From: a virus
IMG/VR virus record: IMGVR_UViG_2706795548_000001
Span: 1 to 29,763 of that record
Length of the DNA stretch: 29,763 bases
Reading direction: 5' to 3' (one strand)
Shown here: one piece after another, positions 25,324 to 29,763 of the stretch
How positions within the stretch are numbered: position 1 is the first letter of the stretch
Layout: every line of letters begins with the position of its first letter
Notes under the pieces: generated by a model
Told to the model about the DNA's origin: nothing
What the model saw: the letters and a program-made list of their open reading frames with translations, nothing else
Database searches by the model: none
Position numbers and translations under genes: made by a program

Positions 25324-26166
25324 TCAAACAACTCTACAAAATTGCTTTTTCTTACATTCTCCAATTATATCTTCAAATTTAACACCGTCTATTTCTTCAT
25401 TATCGCCGTAATCTTGTAAAATTACTTTGTACATATTGTCTTCAACAACAAATTCAAAAACTTTGTAAAACCACGCCGTATGTCTTCCAGTATCGGCTTC
25501 TAGTGCTATCCAACCAATATTTGCCTCCCTCTTCCCTTCAAAGTCAACTATTTGTCTGCCTCTTGGAATAAATACTGCATTCTGCTTAAGTTTATTGTAT
25601 AAATCTAAATCATCATAATTGAAAATAAAAGTATCATGACCTAGAATTTTCCAATACACTTCCCATAACGCAAAGTGATCAATTATATCTGGCAAATCTA
25701 AGATATTGAAATTATCAATATTGACAACATAAGGATTTGCAATCTCAAATTTTTCAATTGAGCTCAACTTAGTTGCTAAATCGTTGGCAAATACTTTATT
25801 TAGTTTTGGACCATCAATAGTGTAATAATTGTAAAGTATAAGTCTATTATTGGAAATCACGCCATAAATCGTTGACTTATCGAATTTCCATAAAATGTAA
25901 TCAGTCACTATCATGTCTTGAACTGAAGGGGCATCTGGACCTCTTGGATGAGTATGCAAAACGGCATAAACGGTCTCTGGCATATACTTTTGCAAAGGAC
26001 TGAGATCTGCACTGCCTTTGTCCCCCTGGTAATAATCGGAGAACCACTCACCTAAAACAATTAGGTATTCCCTATCTGTAGACTTTGACTTTTGGTATAC
26101 ATCTTTCAAAAAATCTAAATTTTTAAAAATAGTAAGAACATTACTTCTGACTTTTGATCTAGACAT
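25324..26166 (-). CDS. JAB/JAMM (MPN+) zinc metallo-isopeptidase with C-terminal extension
   Basis: N-terminal REY glutamate and exact HxH-x7-S-x2-D motif (HTHPRGPDAPSVQD). Confidence 0.8.
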   Translation of the reverse strand: MSRSKVRSNVLTIFKNLDFLKDVYQKSKSTDREYLIVLGEWFSDYYQGDKGSADLSPLQKYMPETVYAVLHTHPRGPDAPSVQDMIVTDYILWKFDKSTIYGVISNNRLILYNYYTIDGPKLNKVFANDLATKLSSIEKFEIANPYVVNIDNFNILDLPDIIDHFALWEVYWKILGHDTFIFNYDDLDLYNKLKQNAVFIPRGRQIVDFEGKREANIGWIALEADTGRHTAWFYKVFEFVVEDNMYKVILQDYGDNEEIDGVKFEDIIGECKKKQFCRVV

Positions 26167-26187
26167 ATATCACCAATAAATCGTTAT

Positions 26188-26208
26188 ATGCCAACATTTA
26201 TCAAGATT
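26188..26208 (-). promoter_or_regulatory. Class A promoter variant
   Basis: TTGATAAATGTTGGCAT on minus strand, then GGTGA RBS. Confidence 0.6.
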
Positions 26209-26247
26209 TCACAGAAAATAAGAAATAGTAGAATTAATATTACGAAT

Positions 26248-26270
26248 GTGAAAAAAATAGTCCAAAAAAA
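26248..26270 (-). terminator. Repeated T-rich intergenic motif
   Basis: Overlaps a 27-bp direct repeat shared with 28968..28994. Confidence 0.5.
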
Positions 26271-26336
26271 TAAGTAAAAACAAAAATAGAGAGGTTAAAA
26301 GAAGGAAAGAGAAAAGAAGGAAAAGATAAAAAAAAG

Positions 26337-26681
26337 TTATTTTACCTTTATCCAACCTTTGTCAAAAGTAAAGACGTAAACTTCAATTTTTCCATCGTAC
26401 TCACTATAGTACGCCTCTGTTTCTTTTACAACAACTACCGGGTCAGTCTTAGGTATAATAATCTCAGTTGTGATTTCTTGTCTTTCGTCTTTTGAAATCG
26501 GAACTATGTCAGCGTCCCCAAACACAATTTTAACCCTATCATATAAGTCTTCTCTGAAATACTTCTCTATTTCTAACAAGTATTTTGCTTCTGGTTGCAT
26601 ATTTTTTGCCTCATTTAAGAGTTTTGCAATTTGATCTTCATTTAATTCTTCTACTTTTATTTCTTCTTTTTCTTGACTCAT
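26337..26681 (-). CDS. Hypothetical acidic beta-rich protein, terminal array
   Basis: ATG 26681 (track TTG 26696); IIPKTDPVVVV...YVFTFDKGW motif recalled from crenarchaeal filamentous viruses. Confidence 0.75.
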   Translation of the reverse strand: MSQEKEEIKVEELNEDQIAKLLNEAKNMQPEAKYLLEIEKYFREDLYDRVKIVFGDADIVPISKDERQEITTEIIIPKTDPVVVVKETEAYYSEYDGKIEVYVFTFDKGWIKVK

Positions 26682-26685
26682 TCTC

Positions 26686-26744
26686 CCACTCCTCAATATA
26701 TAGTTGTAATCTTAAGTATTTAAATCTTTCCACCATGAATTCAC
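26686..26744 (-). promoter_or_regulatory. Class B early promoter
   Basis: GTGAATTCAT-N6-AAGATTTAAATA. Confidence 0.8.
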
Positions 26745-26835
26745 TCAGAACCCCGTTTGCATATCTCATATTGTCAATATTAGCATTATACATTGTACAT
26801 TGAATTTAGCAAACAACAGAAATAGTATCTGTAAA

Positions 26836-26858
26836 ATGAAAAAAATTATTCAAAAAAA
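26836..26858 (-). terminator. Repeated T-rich intergenic motif
   Basis: Plus strand ATGAAAAAAATTATTCAAAAAAA. Confidence 0.5.
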
Positions 26859-26909
26859 TAAATAATGCAAAAAACAGAAGAAATAAGAAATAGAAAAGTG
26901 AAAAAAAGA

Positions 26910-27200
26910 TTAGGTTAAAGATTGATAAAGGATCTTTGCTATTTCTTCTCCCATTGGCGTTAACTCAACGTATCTCCTATACCGCCATGTCTCTTTAAAA
27001 AAGATCTTCTTGGTCTTTACTAAACCTTTACTCTCCAAACTTGTTGTATACTTGGATGTGCCGAATATTTCGTGTAACTCCCGGGTCCAAACTAACTGTT
27101 CCCCGTACCTAATTTTTGAATCGAGTAAAAAAATAAGAAGCATTTTTTCCTTATACGTTAATTCTGGTACCTTTTGCACTTCCATCACACTTACCACCAT
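26910..27200 (-). CDS. Winged helix-turn-helix protein (MarR/PadR-like)
   Basis: LESKGLVK...YVELTPMGEEIA wing and terminal helix pattern. Confidence 0.75.
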   Translation of the reverse strand: MVVSVMEVQKVPELTYKEKMLLIFLLDSKIRYGEQLVWTRELHEIFGTSKYTTSLESKGLVKTKKIFFKETWRYRRYVELTPMGEEIAKILYQSLT

Positions 27201-27248
27201 TATATATTTTAAACTGAGACTATTTAAATCTTCCTATCTTGAAATCAG
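27190..27248 (-). promoter_or_regulatory. Class B early promoter
   Basis: CTGATTTCAA-N6-AAGATTTAAATA; ATG 28 nt after TATA start. Confidence 0.75.
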
Positions 27249-27291
27249 TTGCAAGTAGTCAATTTGCACAACTTCAATTAAAATCTCAAAC

Positions 27292-27315
27292 TTGAGAAAA
27301 ATTAGGCAAAAAAAT
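27292..27315 (-). terminator. Repeated T-rich intergenic motif
   Basis: Plus strand TTGAGAAAAATTAGGCAAAAAAAT. Confidence 0.55.
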
Positions 27316-27378
27316 ATGCAATAAACAAAATGAGAGATTTAAAACAAAAGGTCTAAAAACAAAAAAATAGGGTAACTT

Positions 27379-27645
27379 TTATTCGAAAAGCAATTTGCCA
27401 AGAACTTCATCTGGGATTCTCATTACCGCCCAGAGTGATTTAACTCCTAACATGTAGTCACTGGTATATGTGCTATCTAGTAATTGACCATTTGAATCGT
27501 ACCAGTCCAAAAGTATATATTCGTCTTTGCCAGTTGGTTCAAGTATAATGCACTCCAGAACTTCTCCTTTGCGGTTCAACTTCCACACTACAATTTTCTT
27601 GTCTATATGTTGTTTCAAGTATTTGAAACTTTTTTTACGTGCCAT
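27379..27645 (-). CDS. Hypothetical 88-aa protein (paralogue of 27834..28100)
   Basis: 19/88 ungapped identities with its neighbour. Confidence 0.8.
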   Translation of the reverse strand: MARKKSFKYLKQHIDKKIVVWKLNRKGEVLECIILEPTGKDEYILLDWYDSNGQLLDSTYTSDYMLGVKSLWAVMRIPDEVLGKLLFE

Positions 27646-27648
27646 TTT

Positions 27649-27707
27649 TCTTTCCCCGTATTACTTTTCGTAACTGGAGTATTTAAATCTTTCCTTCATA
27701 AAATCAT
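27649..27707 (-). promoter_or_regulatory. Class B early promoter
   Basis: ATGATTTTAT-N6-AAGATTTAAATA. Confidence 0.75.
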
Positions 27708-27762
27708 GAAGTTTAACAGTTGAAAACGTAAATAGTTGCACAATAGAAATAGTATATCAAAA

Positions 27763-27787
27763 ATGAAAAAAATTAGGCAAAAAAATA
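27763..27787 (-). terminator. Repeated T-rich intergenic motif
   Basis: 27743..27785 matches 24744..24786 at 40/43. Confidence 0.55.
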
Positions 27788-27833
27788 GCTATCACAAATT
27801 ACAAGAAATAAAAAATGAGGAAAACGAAAAAAA

Positions 27834-28100
27834 TTATTCCCAGATCATCTCGCCTAAATCTTCTTCTGGTAATTCTTTTAATTCTGCAAATGAAGAAACT
27901 CCAAAGTATTTTAGTTCTGTTTTAGAACAATACTCAAACCACCCCTCATCATTAAAAAAGCAAACATAAACCGTTTTAGAATCCCCCTTGTCAAGTCGAA
28001 TTTCTACAAATTCCAACAACTTACAATTACCGTATTTGTAAACTGTTATTTTATTCTTTCCAATTTCTTTTATGTATTCAATCAACCCTTCTTTCACCAT
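27834..28100 (-). CDS. Hypothetical 88-aa protein (paralogue of 27379..27645)
   Basis: Shared GVxS...P.E.LG...E C-terminus. Confidence 0.8.
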   Translation of the reverse strand: MVKEGLIEYIKEIGKNKITVYKYGNCKLLEFVEIRLDKGDSKTVYVCFFNDEGWFEYCSKTELKYFGVSSFAELKELPEEDLGEMIWE

Positions 28101-28148
28101 ACTACTTTACGCAATCAGAGTATTTAAATCTTTCTTTAATGAAATCAC
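28090..28148 (-). promoter_or_regulatory. Class B early promoter
   Basis: GTGATTTCAT-N6-AAGATTTAAATA; 21 bp identical to 537..557. Confidence 0.8.
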
Positions 28149-28203
28149 TAAGATTATCTATCAACAACTAGAATTTTCAAACCATAGATTTAATATCTCT
28201 AGC

Positions 28204-28230
28204 ATGAGAAAAATTATGCATTAAAAAATT
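28204..28230 (-). terminator. Repeated T-rich intergenic motif
   Basis: Adjoins stop of 28229..28888. Confidence 0.55.
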
Positions 28231-28888
28231 ACAAAATTTTCATATTTAAAATCTTTGCAACATCTTTGTCAATTTGTTCCAAACTATCTTTAAAAAAGCA
28301 AGTAACATATCTCTTAATCTCAGGGGAATAGCATAATGTCGACTCTTTGAGCAAATTTGTTGTCACAGACATGTACATAATATCGTCTTTGTCTTTCTTC
28401 TCACCCATAGCAAAAAATCTGTATAAGTACCATTCTTCTAGTGTGCGGTCATACTTGCCAAATAATGGAAAGTGCCAAATTCTATACTTAAGATCTTCCC
28501 ACAATTCTGGATCTATTTCAGTTTTGTCACTTTGCTTTATTTTATCAACAACTTCGTCAAAATACAAAATAGCCAGGACTCTCTTTATTTTATATTGTGT
28601 AAGGACTACAGTTTTTGGTTTATTGTTCCAATAATAAACACTCACCATGTAGTAATACTTTGCATTATTTTCTAAATATGCATTAATCATTTTTTCAATA
28701 TTGATATTGAACAACGAAAAGAATATCATTTTCCTATATTCACTCTCTGGTTCCATATTTCTCAATTTTTTATCCTCATTATCAACATTAAAGGATTTTA
28801 TATCGTATGCAGAAAGATTTGGTTCATCAATTATTTTTTTAATTTCATTTTCGCTCAATTCGTTTGTTTCCAACTGATACCACCGCAT
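28229..28888 (-). CDS. Hypothetical 219-aa protein, terminal array
   Basis: Track ATG 28909 lies inside the class A motif; ATG 28888 is 28 nt after the TATA start. Confidence 0.8.
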   Translation of the reverse strand: MRWYQLETNELSENEIKKIIDEPNLSAYDIKSFNVDNEDKKLRNMEPESEYRKMIFFSLFNINIEKMINAYLENNAKYYYMVSVYYWNNKPKTVVLTQYKIKRVLAILYFDEVVDKIKQSDKTEIDPELWEDLKYRIWHFPLFGKYDRTLEEWYLYRFFAMGEKKDKDDIMYMSVTTNLLKESTLCYSPEIKRYVTCFFKDSLEQIDKDVAKILNMKIL

Positions 28889-28899
28889 CTCAAAACTTG

Positions 28900-28920
28900 A
28901 TGCCAACATTTTTAAATCTT
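28900..28920 (-). promoter_or_regulatory. Class A promoter
   Basis: AAGATTTAAAAATGTTGGCAT on minus strand. Confidence 0.8.
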
Positions 28921-28983
28921 TAATTCAGCCAAACTACATACTAATAGCTAAAATTTTAAAATTGTACAATTAATATTACGAAT

Positions 28984-29008
28984 GTGAAAAAAATCAGGCA
29001 TAAAAAAA
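28984..29008 (-). terminator. Repeated T-rich intergenic motif
   Basis: Plus strand GTGAAAAAAATCAGGCATAAAAAAA. Confidence 0.5.
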
Positions 29009-29062
29009 GATAACATGCAAACCAGAAAATTGAGCAAAAATTAGAGACAGGTTAAAAAAAGA

Positions 29063-29659
29063 TTAATATCTTGCGTAGTACATTAAATAAATCCCAGGGG
29101 GCAGACCAATACTATAACAACTATAGGTTATCATACTATCCTCCTTAATTACTATACCAACAACATCCGGCGGTGGCTCGGCATATATATATTGTTCAGC
29201 AATCCTTTCTGGAACTTGTATAATCTGGTACTTTCCAATTAAATCAAAAGTAGGATAGTGCGTTCTTTGATCTTCCATTTGCCCATTTTCGTTTCCGTCA
29301 ACGAATTTGCAGTTTGCTATTTTCATCAGGATCAATCTGAATTTACTGTATGTCCAATCCTCTACAAACACTTCACCAGGCATCCAGTCTTGGTAATTCT
29401 CCATGACTATCTTTGCAATACGCAGTGGGTTTTGATAAATGAAATCATGCTTTGAGCTAACGCCGAATTGTTGCAGTTGATATGACCTTACTTTATGTGG
29501 GTAGAAAACGTATACTTTGCCTTCTGGCGCTATTTCCCATTCCGATATTGGTCCCTCAGCAACTATATGCATCCTCTCAACTATCTGATCTCCCTTCTGC
29601 CCATATAAAAACAACTCTTTTTGATTTGCACCATGAATTCTCTTATACCAATATATCAT
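29063..29659 (-). CDS. Hypothetical 198-aa protein; C-terminus resembles AcrIIIB1-family tail
   Basis: IGLPPGIYLMYY vs ISLGPGIYLLVH in 1099..1773. Confidence 0.75.
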   Translation of the reverse strand: MIYWYKRIHGANQKELFLYGQKGDQIVERMHIVAEGPISEWEIAPEGKVYVFYPHKVRSYQLQQFGVSSKHDFIYQNPLRIAKIVMENYQDWMPGEVFVEDWTYSKFRLILMKIANCKFVDGNENGQMEDQRTHYPTFDLIGKYQIIQVPERIAEQYIYAEPPPDVVGIVIKEDSMITYSCYSIGLPPGIYLMYYARY

Positions 29660-29661
29660 AC

Positions 29662-29720
29662 CTTATCCCCATCTTACATTTTGAACTTTAAGCTTTTAAA
29701 TCTTTCCATCTTGATTTCCC
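29662..29720 (-). promoter_or_regulatory. Class B early promoter (overlaps right ITR)
   Basis: Mirror of 28..86; identical through the TATA box. Confidence 0.7.
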
Positions 29721-29747
29721 TAACTATACCCCTCCAACAATTTATAT
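29694..29747. repeat. Right copy of inverted terminal repeat
   Basis: Exact reverse complement of 1..54; 16 unpaired nt follow. Confidence 0.95.
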
Positions 29748-29763
29748 TATCCATATTATGTTT

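Noticed and set aside
26337-26681. AcrID1 homologue
   Set aside because: Small and acidic, but no motif match I can support; left as hypothetical
24744-29008. Recurrent intergenic repeats as a CRISPR or mini-array
   Set aside because: Copies are degenerate and separated by whole genes, not by 30-45-nt unique spacers
29645-29672. 9-codon uORF (MGIRYDILV) at the initiator position of the last promoter
   Set aside because: ATGGGG is part of the conserved initiator motif; no evidence for a functional peptide
22570-29691. Plus-strand ORFs in the right arm (22570, 22864, 23905, 24467, 26585, 27010, 27736, 28347, 28472, 29258, 29482)
   Set aside because: Antisense to coherent minus-strand cassettes that have promoters and terminators
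1-29763. dUTPase, ThyX, DNA polymerase, integrase, tRNA or rRNA genes
   Set aside because: No corresponding motifs recognised by eye; absence needs HMM and tRNAscan confirmation

Overview
The window is an essentially whole, AT-rich linear genome of an archaeal rod-shaped virus (Rudiviridae, Sulfolobales host). The identification rests on a SIRV2-type major capsid protein (6746..7150) and the rudiviral core: HUH Rep, ssDNA-binding protein, Lon-like AAA+ ATPase, Cas4-like nuclease, Hjc resolvase, three glycosyltransferases, a SAM methyltransferase, a ~1100-aa terminal-fibre protein and homologues of the minor structural proteins. From memory the 29,763-bp length matches Acidianus rod-shaped virus 2; this is unverified. 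Only a 54-bp perfect ITR is visible, so the true hairpin ends are probably missing. Both ends carry inward-pointing arrays of small genes, each built as promoter-ORF-terminator. They include an AcrIIIB1-like protein, an AcrIII-1 ring nuclease, a JAB/JAMM metallo-isopeptidase, a wHTH regulator and several orphans. A divergent viral TFB lies next to the right-hand array. Three recurring regulatory motifs split the genome into apparent regulons and nominate new anti-defence genes. Three small ORFs missed by the ORF track were found (two RHH proteins and a 47-aa ORF behind acrIII-1). All family calls come from motif recognition, not database searches.
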